Positions 45,602 through 54,429 of a stretch of 64,000 bases of DNA are shown here, piece by piece (position 1 is the first letter of the stretch; each line of letters opens with the position of its first letter). A program made the translations under genes and the position numbers. The notes beneath the pieces are model-generated. The model saw only the letters and a program-made list of their open reading frames with translations, was not told where the DNA came from and searched no databases. This DNA is from a virus: positions 64,001 through 128,000 of IMG/VR virus record IMGVR_UViG_3300025138_000014, one strand, 5' to 3'.

Positions 45602-46546
45602 ATGAAGTATAGTTTTTCCGACTATTTAATTGAAGCGGAAGGTGCGGTATATTTTACTTTTGGTAGAATGAACCCACCAACCGAAGGTCATGGTAAGTTA
45701 CTTGATAAATTATCAAGTTCTGCCAGAAATGCTCCTTATATGGTATTCCTATCTCAAACAAATGATAAGAATAAAAACCCACTACAGTATAAAGATAAAA
45801 TAAAATTTGTTAGAAAAATGTTTCCAAAACATGCACGACAAATTATACTTGATACCAAAATTAAAACTCCAATGCATGCCTTAGACCACTTATATAACAA
45901 AGGTTATAAAAAAGTTGTTATGATTGCAGGTAGTGATAGAGTAGTAGAATGGGATCTTCGACTTAATAAATACAACGGAAAAAAGAGACACGAAGGTTTC
46001 TATAATTTTGAAGGTGGTATTAAAGTTGTATCAGCTGGAATTAGAGACCCAGACTCAAAAGATGTAGAAGGTTATTCTGGTACTAAGCAAAGAGAATCAG
46101 CTAAGGCCAATGACTTTCAAACATTCTCACTAGCACTTCCAAGAACAATGTCTGATAAAGATGCTAAAACTCTTTTCAATACTGTTCGGACTGGCATGGG
46201 TCTCAAAGAAGAAAAAGCATTTAAAAACCACGTTGAATTTAACCCTGTTTCAGAAACTCGTGAGGCATATGTCTCTGGAGATTATCTGAAAGAAGGCGAT
46301 AAAGTGATCGTTAAAGATAGTGAAGAAATTTGCAAAGTTACTATGTTAGGTGCAAATTATGTTATAGTAGAATCCAGTTCAGGTAAAAGATCACGTAAGT
46401 GGCTTGATGCAGTTGAATTGTTAAAAGAAAAGAAAAAAGATCAACCTGAAGAAGGAACACCTGCAGCTACAGAAAAAATGAAAAAAGCTGTAGCTGGTCA
46501 GAAATCGTTTAAAGCATATATCGGAGCAACAAATGAAAAAGTTTAA
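45602..46546 (+). CDS. HxGH-type nucleotidyltransferase (cytidylyltransferase/NMNAT-like)
   Basis: FGRMNPPTEGH, KNPL...K, AGSDR, SAG.RDPD, SGT..R. Confidence 0.8.
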   Translation: MKYSFSDYLIEAEGAVYFTFGRMNPPTEGHGKLLDKLSSSARNAPYMVFLSQTNDKNKNPLQYKDKIKFVRKMFPKHARQIILDTKIKTPMHALDHLYNKGYKKVVMIAGSDRVVEWDLRLNKYNGKKRHEGFYNFEGGIKVVSAGIRDPDSKDVEGYSGTKQRESAKANDFQTFSLALPRTMSDKDAKTLFNTVRTGMGLKEEKAFKNHVEFNPVSETREAYVSGDYLKEGDKVIVKDSEEICKVTMLGANYVIVESSSGKRSRKWLDAVELLKEKKKDQPEEGTPAATEKMKKAVAGQKSFKAYIGATNEKV

Positions 46547-46697
46547 AAAATTTATGGATGAGGGTGAAAAAGGTGGACTATGGGATAACATTCATAAGAA
46601 ACGTGCACGTATTAAAAAAGGTTCAGGCGAAAAGATGCGTAAACCTGGATCAAAAGGCGCCCCAACTAATGCAGATTTAAAAGCTGCACAGAACTAG
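46533..46697 (+). CDS. 54-aa basic internal-protein-like peptide (not in ORF track)
   Basis: GGAG SD; MKKFKKFMDEGEKGGLWDNIHKKRARIKKGSGEKMRKPGSKGAPT. Confidence 0.7.
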   Translation: MKKFKKFMDEGEKGGLWDNIHKKRARIKKGSGEKMRKPGSKGAPTNADLKAAQN

Positions 46698-46699
46698 AT

Positions 46700-46972
46700 A
46701 TGAAAACCTTTAAATCTATTAGAGAAAAAGATAAGCATTATCGTTCCACTAAGTCTGGAGCAGGTATGACACAAAAAGGTGTTGATGCTGTAAATAGAAA
46801 GACTGGTGGAAACTTACAAACTGCAGTTACTGGTAATCCTAAACCAGGATCTAAAGATGCGGGTAGAAGAAAATCATTCTGTGCTAGAATGGGTGGAATG
46901 AAAGGTCCTATGAAGGATGATAAAGGCCGCCCTACAAGAAAAGCTATGTCACTAAAAAGATGGAAATGTTAA
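46700..46972 (+). CDS. Basic internal-protein-like protein (DUF6321-like)
   Basis: MKTFKSIRE leader; RRKSFCARM...SL.RWKC. Confidence 0.7.
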   Translation: MKTFKSIREKDKHYRSTKSGAGMTQKGVDAVNRKTGGNLQTAVTGNPKPGSKDAGRRKSFCARMGGMKGPMKDDKGRPTRKAMSLKRWKC

Positions 46973-46976
46973 GACA

Positions 46977-47519
46977 ATGATGAAATTCCAAACATTTAAC
47001 GAGTCGGCCCTGTCCGCGCTTAGAACAGCCACTAAAGCACATGCAGGACAAACTAGAAAAAGCGGCGGTGCGTATATTAACCACCCTAAAGAAGTTGCCC
47101 GCTTTGTAAAACAATTTAAAAAGTCGAATAACTTATCAGCTATGATTCAAGCTGCTTATCTTCACGACACTCTTGAAGATACTGATACGACATATCAAGA
47201 CTTAGTTAAACAGTTCGGCGCTCTTGTAGCTGATATGGTCCAAGAATTAACTACCGATAAAGCAGCATCTGATGCAATTGGTAAAGGTGAATACATTGCA
47301 AATAAAATGGCTAAAATGTCCAGTTGGGCACTAGTTGTTAAGTTAGCAGACAGACTTGCCAATGTGCAAGATATAGATACGAGACCAGCAGACTTTCAAA
47401 AGAAGTATGCAGCTCAAACTACATTAGCAATTAAAAAATTAAGAAGTGATCGGTACTTGAGTAAAACTCATAACAAGATTATAACTGCAATTGAGAAGAA
47501 AATTAAAGAATATGTGTAA
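46977..47519 (+). CDS. Stand-alone RelA/SpoT HD-domain hydrolase (small alarmone hydrolase/Mesh1-like)
   Basis: AH.GQ.RKSG..YI.HP..VA, AA.LHDTLEDT, FG..VA..V..LT, VKLADRL.N. Confidence 0.9.
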   Translation: MMKFQTFNESALSALRTATKAHAGQTRKSGGAYINHPKEVARFVKQFKKSNNLSAMIQAAYLHDTLEDTDTTYQDLVKQFGALVADMVQELTTDKAASDAIGKGEYIANKMAKMSSWALVVKLADRLANVQDIDTRPADFQKKYAAQTTLAIKKLRSDRYLSKTHNKIITAIEKKIKEYV

Positions 47520-47520
47520 G

Positions 47521-47528
47521 TATAAATA
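47521..47528 (+). promoter_or_regulatory. Late promoter
   Basis: Exact TATAAATA, intergenic. Confidence 0.75.
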
Positions 47529-47547
47529 AATTTAATGGGGCACCACT

Positions 47548-47829
47548 ATGGCTGAGGAAAATGACCAGGTTAGATTAGACCGAATAGAACAGAAGTTGGA
47601 TAAGTTGGCTGAAGCACTAATCACAATTGCACGTTTTGAAGAAAAAATGGATGCTTATAATGAGTATCGTCTAAACTCGTGGGAACGAATGAATAAGTTT
47701 TCAGAAAAATTAGATAACATAGAGAAAAAAGTTGACGAAAATGCTCACACAGTTACTGTTATTAACAAACTGTTTTGGGTTGCAATAGTTGCGGCGTCTG
47801 GCGCCATAGCAGCACAAGTATGGATGTAA
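47548..47829 (+). CDS. Coiled-coil protein with C-terminal TM
   Basis: RLDRIE.KLD heptads followed by a hydrophobic tail. Confidence 0.65.
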   Translation: MAEENDQVRLDRIEQKLDKLAEALITIARFEEKMDAYNEYRLNSWERMNKFSEKLDNIEKKVDENAHTVTVINKLFWVAIVAASGAIAAQVWM

Positions 47830-47841
47830 AAGGAAAAAACC

Positions 47842-49254
47842 ATGAAACATAATAACAGTCTGAGTGCCATACTATTGTCACTCAAAGAGAAAAAACTTCA
47901 CCCTAACCAAAAAGAGTTAGACAAAGATGGTGATGGTGATATCGACCCTAAAGATTTTGCTATGCTTAGAAAGCAAGCAGGCAAGATCAATAAGAAAAAA
48001 GATAAAGAAGAAGTTGAAGAAGCGCAGATGGATAAAATGAAAAAGGTTAGCAAAGGGTTTGATGATCGCCGCAGCGCCACGCTCCATAATGATCACCTAG
48101 TGGGAAGTAAAAAGGCTTCAGGCAAAAGCTATGTTGACAAACACTCAGATGGAAAATTTTACGTTGTTGATGTGAAAGAAGAATCAGTCAATGAATTGAG
48201 CAAGAAAACTCTTGGTAGTTATGCCAAGAAAGCTATGACTGATAAAGATACACAAAGTCGCTTTGCCACCGAATATGAAAAGCGTGGAATGGCAGCTAAA
48301 AGCACTGCAGTGCAGCACAAGAATTTCAAAAAAGCAAACCGTGCAGATGATAAGTTTCGTAATCGTACAACTGGTATCAACAAAGCTATTGATAAACTGA
48401 CTAAAGAAAGCAGCCTAGACGAAATCAGCAAAACAAAGATGGGTCAATATATCAATCGCGCTCATTCTGATAAAGACACTCAGACTAAACGTGCAGGTAT
48501 GTTTGATAAAAAAGGCATGGATGCTGATAAAGACAAAGATATGTACAAGCAATTTGATAACGCTGATAAGGCTCGTAAGAAAGCTGCAAACAGAACGGCT
48601 GGTATTGGTAAAGCGGTTAATAAACTGACTAAAGAATCCAATATCTCAAATAAGTCGGCTGATAAAAAACCAGAAGAATATACTGATGAAAAAGGTATGA
48701 AGCGGACTAGAATGGTTCCTGTAGACAGACAAGTTTTAAAAGATGCAATGCCTTCACAAGCTGATGCAATTAAAGCGTTGAATAAAAAGACTGCTGCTCA
48801 GAAAGCTAAAAATACAGATAAACTTAAAGCTGCGGGTAAGATGATGCCTACTAAGGAATCAATAGGTAAAACAGCTGGAGATAGTAGTTATCATAATCTG
48901 CAAAAAGCAAAAAGAATGGCTTCTAAAGATGGCCACGACTATGATAAGTTACCAGCATATGACCGTACACATGATAAACACAGAGAGTATTACGATAACA
49001 AAGCTAAAACAACAAAAGAATCAACTGACTGGCCTATCTATAGAAGAATTATGGAAAAAGCTAATCATACATCTGATTCAAAAACATCCGAGCCAATGGA
49101 TAGTAAACTACAACCATTTGAGAAAAAAATGGTAGATGCTCATAAAGTTACTCCTCCAAATGAACTTGTAGATGTAAATAAAGCAATTGAAAAAAATCTA
49201 AAGACTTTGTCAACAGCACCTATTAAACAAGCTGCTAAACCAAACGGTCAATAA
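47842..49254 (+). CDS. Lys-rich modular protein, probable protease-processed internal head protein
   Basis: LDKDGDGDID..DF loop, two ~75-aa repeats, recurring TKES/KEES junctions. Confidence 0.65.
   Translation: MKHNNSLSAILLSLKEKKLHPNQKELDKDGDGDIDPKDFAMLRKQAGKINKKKDKEEVEEAQMDKMKKVSKGFDDRRSATLHNDHLVGSKKASGKSYVDKHSDGKFYVVDVKEESVNELSKKTLGSYAKKAMTDKDTQSRFATEYEKRGMAAKSTAVQHKNFKKANRADDKFRNRTTGINKAIDKLTKESSLDEISKTKMGQYINRAHSDKDTQTKRAGMFDKKGMDADKDKDMYKQFDNADKARKKAANRTAGIGKAVNKLTKESNISNKSADKKPEEYTDEKGMKRTRMVPVDRQVLKDAMPSQADAIKALNKKTAAQKAKNTDKLKAAGKMMPTKESIGKTAGDSSYHNLQKAKRMASKDGHDYDKLPAYDRTHDKHREYYDNKAKTTKESTDWPIYRRIMEKANHTSDSKTSEPMDSKLQPFEKKMVDAHKVTPPNELVDVNKAIEKNLKTLSTAPIKQAAKPNGQ
48181..48633 (+). 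repeat. Two tandem diverged coding repeats (225 and 228 nt)
   Basis: ESVNELSKKTLGSYAKKA..DKDTQ..NRTTGINKAIDKLTK versus ESSLDEISKTKMGQYINRA..DKDTQ..NRTAGIGKAVNKLTK; shared DNA ATAAACTGACTAAAGAA. Confidence 0.85.
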
Positions 49255-49264
49255 AGGATGGAAA

Positions 49265-49378
49265 ATGATTAACGACACTAGTACTGCTAAAATAGCAGAA
49301 GCGTATAGAAAGATGGTAGCAGATCAAAACAAGCCTGCTCCAGAGCCAACGCCTGCTCCAATTACAGAGGAAAAATAA
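49265..49378 (+). CDS. 37-aa peptide (not in ORF track)
   Basis: AAGGATGG SD; IAEAYRKM motif; TAATG coupling to next ORF. Confidence 0.5.
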   Translation: MINDTSTAKIAEAYRKMVADQNKPAPEPTPAPITEEK

Positions 49379-49683
49379 TGTTAAAAGCCCCACCATGGTG
49401 TGAAAATGCCATTCCAACTCCAGAAGGGTGGACTGATCCAGATACGGGTGAAGTTTATGTTTCTACAAATTTTACTGCTGAACAAATGAACACATGGGGT
49501 AAATCTGCTCCTGCTCCTGCTCCAGAACCTGTAGTTGAAATGTTAACTGAAGCACCTGCTTCTCAGAGCCTTTCTTCTATGAGTAAACTTGAACTTGAAG
49601 CACTGGGACGTCAGCATGGTATTGAATTGGATCGGAGAAGTTCCAAGCCAGCACTTATAAGTAGATTAAATGAGGTAATTTAA
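49378..49683 (+). CDS. Protein with C-terminal Rho-N/HeH-like nucleic-acid-binding motif
   Basis: LSSMSKLELEALGRQHGIELDRRSSKPALI after an AP-rich linker. Confidence 0.6.
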   Translation: MLKAPPWCENAIPTPEGWTDPDTGEVYVSTNFTAEQMNTWGKSAPAPAPEPVVEMLTEAPASQSLSSMSKLELEALGRQHGIELDRRSSKPALISRLNEVI

Positions 49684-49705
49684 ACTTATAAGTGAAGTAG
49701 ACATA

Positions 49706-50062
49706 ATGGAATTAAATCAAAGTAATTTTTATCTGTATGCAGCTAAAAACTATTATAACCCTTTAGGCGTTGATCATGATGAATTTAGTGAAGACTTGAA
49801 AAGATTTAAATATGTGAAGCGATTAGTTAACAGATATCTGGAAACAGGTGAGTTATCTGATCGCCTCATTTTAAATCATTTAATTGTTATTCATAATGTA
49901 TTTGGTATAGAAGCCTCAGTTGAAATGATGGCATTAAAGTTACAAGGGGATCAATGGCCAGTAATTAAGCCTTTTTTGATTTTTCTTAGGTATATCACCA
50001 ATGAAGAATTAACAGGTATTGATTTGGATAAAAAAGTTGTAGAAAGATTAAGGAAAATTTAG
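49706..50062 (+). CDS. Conserved T4-like hypothetical
   Basis: YAAKNY.NP, EF.EDLKRFKYVKRL, RLILNHLI...NVFG. Confidence 0.75.
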   Translation: MELNQSNFYLYAAKNYYNPLGVDHDEFSEDLKRFKYVKRLVNRYLETGELSDRLILNHLIVIHNVFGIEASVEMMALKLQGDQWPVIKPFLIFLRYITNEELTGIDLDKKVVERLRKI

Positions 50063-50623
50063 ATGGGAATATTAACAAGAGCAGCAGACATTACATATAC
50101 GCTAAGGTTTTTGCGTCTGTTGACAACACCATTTGATAAGACTACAGCATTTGAGTTAGGTATCATTGACGAGAAGGGCAAAAAGATCCGTAAGCCAAAA
50201 ACAATAGCTGATCTTGCTGCCTATAATGCATTTCATAGACTTGTATTTAATATCAAAAAGTTAATTCCTGGTAAGAGATTGGGAAGCTATGTAGCTGCAC
50301 TCTTTTTACTTAAAGAGAAATATGGTGTTACAATTAATAAAAAAATATTAGCTGCATCTGGAATAGATCCACTTGATCTACTATCAGAACAGACAGAATG
50401 GTTTTTATTAGAGAATAAGCAACTATCGCCTGGTGTGTATAGAATACATAATGAAAAAGTTTTAAATAATGATTGCGAAGATTTGGTAATGATGAGGGAT
50501 AAAGTTAGGATTCCAGAAGATTGTTTTCCAGTTGGAGATATTTACGGTCTTGATGTATATGAAGCAATTCACTTTAGAAGCAATAAAAAAATATTCATTA
50601 CAGCTGGAGAATTATTAAGATGA
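50063..50623 (+). CDS. Conserved T4-like hypothetical
   Basis: RFLRLLTTPF....AF.LGIID..G, FHRLVFNIKKL, SY.AALFLLKE. Confidence 0.75.
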   Translation: MGILTRAADITYTLRFLRLLTTPFDKTTAFELGIIDEKGKKIRKPKTIADLAAYNAFHRLVFNIKKLIPGKRLGSYVAALFLLKEKYGVTINKKILAASGIDPLDLLSEQTEWFLLENKQLSPGVYRIHNEKVLNNDCEDLVMMRDKVRIPEDCFPVGDIYGLDVYEAIHFRSNKKIFITAGELLR

Positions 50624-50793
50624 AGAAAAAGAAAGTTGAAGAAGATGCCCCAACTAATGCAGTTGCTCATGGCAAGGTTCCTATGGGTCCGTTTGGTAAG
50701 AGACCTGACGTTGTCGACGTCACAGACAAAAGAAGAAAAAAAGATAAACCGCCAGTAGTCCTAAAACGGTTCAGAGCATATATTAATACATGA
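50620..50793 (+). CDS. 57-aa basic peptide (not in ORF track)
   Basis: GGAG SD, ATGA overlaps at both ends; VEEDAPTN motif. Confidence 0.6.
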   Translation: MKKKKVEEDAPTNAVAHGKVPMGPFGKRPDVVDVTDKRRKKDKPPVVLKRFRAYINT

Positions 50794-51167
50794 TTAGAAT
50801 TTATATAGCCATAGCAATATTTACTCTTGTTGGAGGCGCCTCTTATGGTGCTTATGTAACATGGAATAAAATGCAAGCTAAAATAGAATACCAAGCAGAA
50901 ATGATAGCAACACAAAAAGTTGCTCTTGCTTCATCAGCAAAAACTATTACTGATCTAAAAAATAACGCACAAGAACAAGAACAAGCAAATCGTGACTTAG
51001 CTATTAATTTACAAAAAGCTGAAGCAAGCACTGATGATTTAAGACAGAAATTGTCTGATCATGATTTGACTAGATTAACATTAAAGAAACCGGGTTTAAT
51101 TGAAAGGCGAGTCAATGGTGCTACGCAATCTGTGTTTAGCGAGCTTGAGTCTATTACTGCTAAGTAA
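50790..51167 (+). CDS. Inner-membrane spanin (Rz-like)
   Basis: N-terminal TM then long coiled coil; overlaps a downstream lipoprotein gene. Confidence 0.7.
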   Translation: MIRIYIAIAIFTLVGGASYGAYVTWNKMQAKIEYQAEMIATQKVALASSAKTITDLKNNAQEQEQANRDLAINLQKAEASTDDLRQKLSDHDLTRLTLKKPGLIERRVNGATQSVFSELESITAK

Positions 51168-51489
51168 TTGTACGGTCCCTGAGCCTGAAATAATAACGAA
51201 TATAGAATACATTGAAAAGAGTATTCCCATTCAAGCTAGGCCAAAAGCTGTTAACATGGCTGGAGTTGAATGGTATGTTATTACTGCAGACAACTTAGAT
51301 GAAGTTATTGAGAAAATTGAATCTGATAACGGCCAACTTGCTGTAATGGCTACCTCTGTTAGAGGTTATGAAAATCTTGCCCTTAATGTATCGGAACTCA
51401 AAAGATATATACTCCAACAACAGGAGATTATAGTATATTACGAAAAACAGGCTGCGTCAAAAGATACCGAAGAAAAACTTTTAAAATAG
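51115..51489 (+). CDS. Outer-membrane spanin lipoprotein (Rz1-like)
   Basis: Signal peptide with lipobox LSNC; Pro-rich segment; overlapped spanin architecture. Confidence 0.7.
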   Translation: MVLRNLCLASLSLLLLSNCTVPEPEIITNIEYIEKSIPIQARPKAVNMAGVEWYVITADNLDEVIEKIESDNGQLAVMATSVRGYENLALNVSELKRYILQQQEIIVYYEKQAASKDTEEKLLK

Positions 51490-51501
51490 CGTTTTAAGCT
51501 A

Positions 51502-51530
51502 TTTACAAGATCACTGTTTTAATATATAAT
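51502..51530 (+). promoter_or_regulatory. Early promoter for nrdB-nrdA
   Basis: TTTACA-N17-TATAAT. Confidence 0.8.
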
Positions 51531-51596
51531 ACTACCAATCAAGATAATTTAAATACAAATTGCAAAGTCCGTTTGCGATATAAGGATGTTTTACAT

Positions 51597-52568
51597 ATGC
51601 TATTCGAAGAACAAATTTCAAGAAAACCAGATTTATACCCATGGACTAAACAGTTCATTGAAGCTATATGGAAAGGGTTTTGGACACCAGAAGAATTTAA
51701 TTTCCGTTCGGACTATTCCCAATTTAAAACAGATTTAAGTTCAGAAGAACGAGAGATTGTAGTTAAGACAATGTCTGCTATCGGACAAATAGAAATTGCT
51801 GTTAAATCTTTTTGGGCCGATGTCGGTAATCATTTACCTCATCCATCTATTAAAGATTTAGGGTATGCTATGGCCAACTCAGAAGTTATCCATAATATGG
51901 CATATGAGAAAATTCTCGACGTGTTGCATTTGACTCACGTCTTTGAAGAAAACTTAAATGTTGATGTGATTAAAGGACGTGTAGATTATCTGCGCAAGTA
52001 TAACAAGAAAGTGTATGCTGACGACAAGAAGCAATACATCTATTCTATTATGTTGTTTACTTTGTTTGTAGAAAATGTTAGTCTGTTTTCACAGTTCTAT
52101 ATTATTATGCATATGAATAGAAATAAGGCAGTGATGAAAGATTGTGCTCAGCAAGTACAATATACACGTAATGAAGAAATGCTACACGCTCAAGTCGGCA
52201 TTAAGTTAATTAATACTTTACGTGAAGAATATCCAGATTTATTCGATGATGAGTTAGAAGCACGTGTACGTGAAGAATGCATTGATGCTCTTAAAGCAGA
52301 GAGTAAAGTGATTGATTGGATTATGAGTGGATACCAAACAGACGGTCTATCTGCTCCTATTCTTAAATCATTCATTGCAAAAAGAATGGCAGAATCTTTA
52401 GATCAGATTGGATTTGATAGTAGTGAAATTAAGTATGACCCAGATCTGTTACATGAGACACTCTGGTTTGATGAAGAATTGCTAGGCGCTAATATGACCG
52501 ACTTCTTTCAAAAGCGCCCGGTAGAATATGCTAAAGGTAAAGGCATTAGCGCTGATGATTTATTTTAA
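51597..52568 (+). CDS. nrdB: Class I ribonucleotide reductase beta subunit
   Basis: FW.P.E, QIE, EVIH..AY, ENVSLFSQF, EE.LH, DFF.KRPVEY. Confidence 0.93.
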   Translation: MLFEEQISRKPDLYPWTKQFIEAIWKGFWTPEEFNFRSDYSQFKTDLSSEEREIVVKTMSAIGQIEIAVKSFWADVGNHLPHPSIKDLGYAMANSEVIHNMAYEKILDVLHLTHVFEENLNVDVIKGRVDYLRKYNKKVYADDKKQYIYSIMLFTLFVENVSLFSQFYIIMHMNRNKAVMKDCAQQVQYTRNEEMLHAQVGIKLINTLREEYPDLFDDELEARVREECIDALKAESKVIDWIMSGYQTDGLSAPILKSFIAKRMAESLDQIGFDSSEIKYDPDLLHETLWFDEELLGANMTDFFQKRPVEYAKGKGISADDLF

Positions 52569-52579
52569 AGGATTATATA

Positions 52580-54220
52580 ATGACATTTAAATGGGCTAAC
52601 GATGACTCAAGAACATTTCTGAGTAGAGGTTATATTGATGGAAATATGACCGTTGAGGAGAGGGTAAGAACAATTGCCCAAACCGCTGAATCAATCCTTG
52701 AAATAGAAGGCTTTGGTGACAAATTCTATGACTATATGAGCAAAGGTTATTATTCTCTTTCCTCTCCAGTATGGTCAAACTTCGGTACAAAGAAGGGTTT
52801 ACCTATCTCTTGTAACGGAGTCAAGATTGAAGATAATATGGAATCAATTCTGCTTAAAGTAGCAGAAGTTGGAATGCAAACTAAAATGGGTGCTGGAACA
52901 TCTGGTTACTTTGGTGCTTTGCGTTCCCGTGGAGAAGCTATTAAATCGGGTGGCACAGCGGATGGACCAGTTCACTTTATGAACTTAACTGAAACTACAG
53001 TAGATGTAGTTGCTCAGGGTAATGTACGAAGAGGTTCCTTTGCTGGTTATCTTGATATTGAATCTCCCGACATTTATGAGTTTCTTGACTGTCGTGAAGA
53101 AGGTTCTTCTATTATCAATATGAGTTTAGGTGTTTGTATCGGCGATGATTGGATGAACTCCATGATACACGGCGATCAAGAAAAGAGAACACTATGGGCA
53201 AGAGTATTGCGCAAGAGACGTGAGAGTGGTTACCCATATCTATTCTTTAAAGATACTGTAAACAATAATAAACCACAAGTCCTTAAAGATCAAGAGATTC
53301 CTATTTGGGCATCTAATCTATGTTCTGAGATTTGTTTACCGTCAAGTCAAGAATGGTCTTTTGTTTGTAATCTGGCATCTATGAATTGTGCTACATTTGA
53401 TGAATGGTCTGAAACTGATGCAGTGGAAGTAATGACTTACTTCCTTGATGCCGTAATGGAAGAGTATATCGAAAAGACAGCCAATATTCCGTTTATGAAA
53501 TCAGCTCACGACTTTGCTGAAAATTGGCGTGCACTTGGTCTAGGACAACTCGGATGGCATTCTTATCTACAAGCAAATAACATTGCATTTGAATCATTTG
53601 ATGCTCATATGAAAGCTGTTGAGATTAGTAGATTTATTGATGAAAGATCACTTATTGCTTCTCAAGAACTAGCTATTGAATATGGTGAGCCAGCTGGTAT
53701 GTTAGGATATGGAGAACGTAATTTAACAAGAACAGCTGTTGCTCCAACTACAAGTTCATCATTTATTCTTGGACAAGTTTCTCCATCCATTGAACCACTA
53801 GCATCTAATTACTTTACAAAAGATTTGGCTAAAGGAAAGTTTACTTATCGTAACCCATATTTGGCCAAAGTATTCGAGAAATATGGTAAGGGAGAAGAAA
53901 CTTGGATGGACGTGTTAAAGCACGGCGGATCAGTACAACACTTAGACTTCTTGAGTGATCACGAAAGGAATATGTTTAAAACTTTCTCAGAAATATCACC
54001 GTTAATTATTGTACAACAAGCTGCTGCAAGACAGAAATATATTGATCAAGCACAATCTCTTAATATTATGATTGGACCAGATGTACCAGCTAAAGATGTT
54101 AATGCTCTATTAATAGAAGGTTGGAAACTAGGAGTCAAGACATTCTATTATCAACGCAGTTCTAATCCTGCTCAAGAATTAGTTAGGGATATTATGAACT
54201 GTGCGAGTTGTGAAGCATAA
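52580..54220 (+). CDS. nrdA: Class I ribonucleotide reductase alpha subunit (no ATP cone)
   Basis: SSP, PISC, QGNVRRG, SNLCSEI, APTTSSS, DQAQSLN, KTFYY, C-terminal CASCEA. Confidence 0.95.
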   Translation: MTFKWANDDSRTFLSRGYIDGNMTVEERVRTIAQTAESILEIEGFGDKFYDYMSKGYYSLSSPVWSNFGTKKGLPISCNGVKIEDNMESILLKVAEVGMQTKMGAGTSGYFGALRSRGEAIKSGGTADGPVHFMNLTETTVDVVAQGNVRRGSFAGYLDIESPDIYEFLDCREEGSSIINMSLGVCIGDDWMNSMIHGDQEKRTLWARVLRKRRESGYPYLFFKDTVNNNKPQVLKDQEIPIWASNLCSEICLPSSQEWSFVCNLASMNCATFDEWSETDAVEVMTYFLDAVMEEYIEKTANIPFMKSAHDFAENWRALGLGQLGWHSYLQANNIAFESFDAHMKAVEISRFIDERSLIASQELAIEYGEPAGMLGYGERNLTRTAVAPTTSSSFILGQVSPSIEPLASNYFTKDLAKGKFTYRNPYLAKVFEKYGKGEETWMDVLKHGGSVQHLDFLSDHERNMFKTFSEISPLIIVQQAAARQKYIDQAQSLNIMIGPDVPAKDVNALLIEGWKLGVKTFYYQRSSNPAQELVRDIMNCASCEA

Positions 54221-54429
54221 TGGCTCGGCATAGTCAAGCGTATGTCCGTGAGAAAATGGCAGAACTCATGAAACCCATTGATCGTCAGATTATGATGACT
54301 GATGATCAAGAAGAAATACTTATGTTTGCTTGCACTATGTTACAACGTGTGAGAACGATACTAGATAGTCAGATAGGACCAACTGGTAGAAAACAAATCT
54401 TTCAAGATGCTATCGACCGTGATGATTAA
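54220..54429 (+). CDS. Hypothetical protein
   Basis: TAATG coupling to nrdA. Confidence 0.6.
   Translation: MARHSQAYVREKMAELMKPIDRQIMMTDDQEEILMFACTMLQRVRTILDSQIGPTGRKQIFQDAIDRDD

Noticed and set aside
1624-54220. Introns or inteins in gp17, gp43, gp41, uvsX, nrdA, nrdB
   Set aside because: All are uninterrupted and of normal or compact length, with no intein-like insertions
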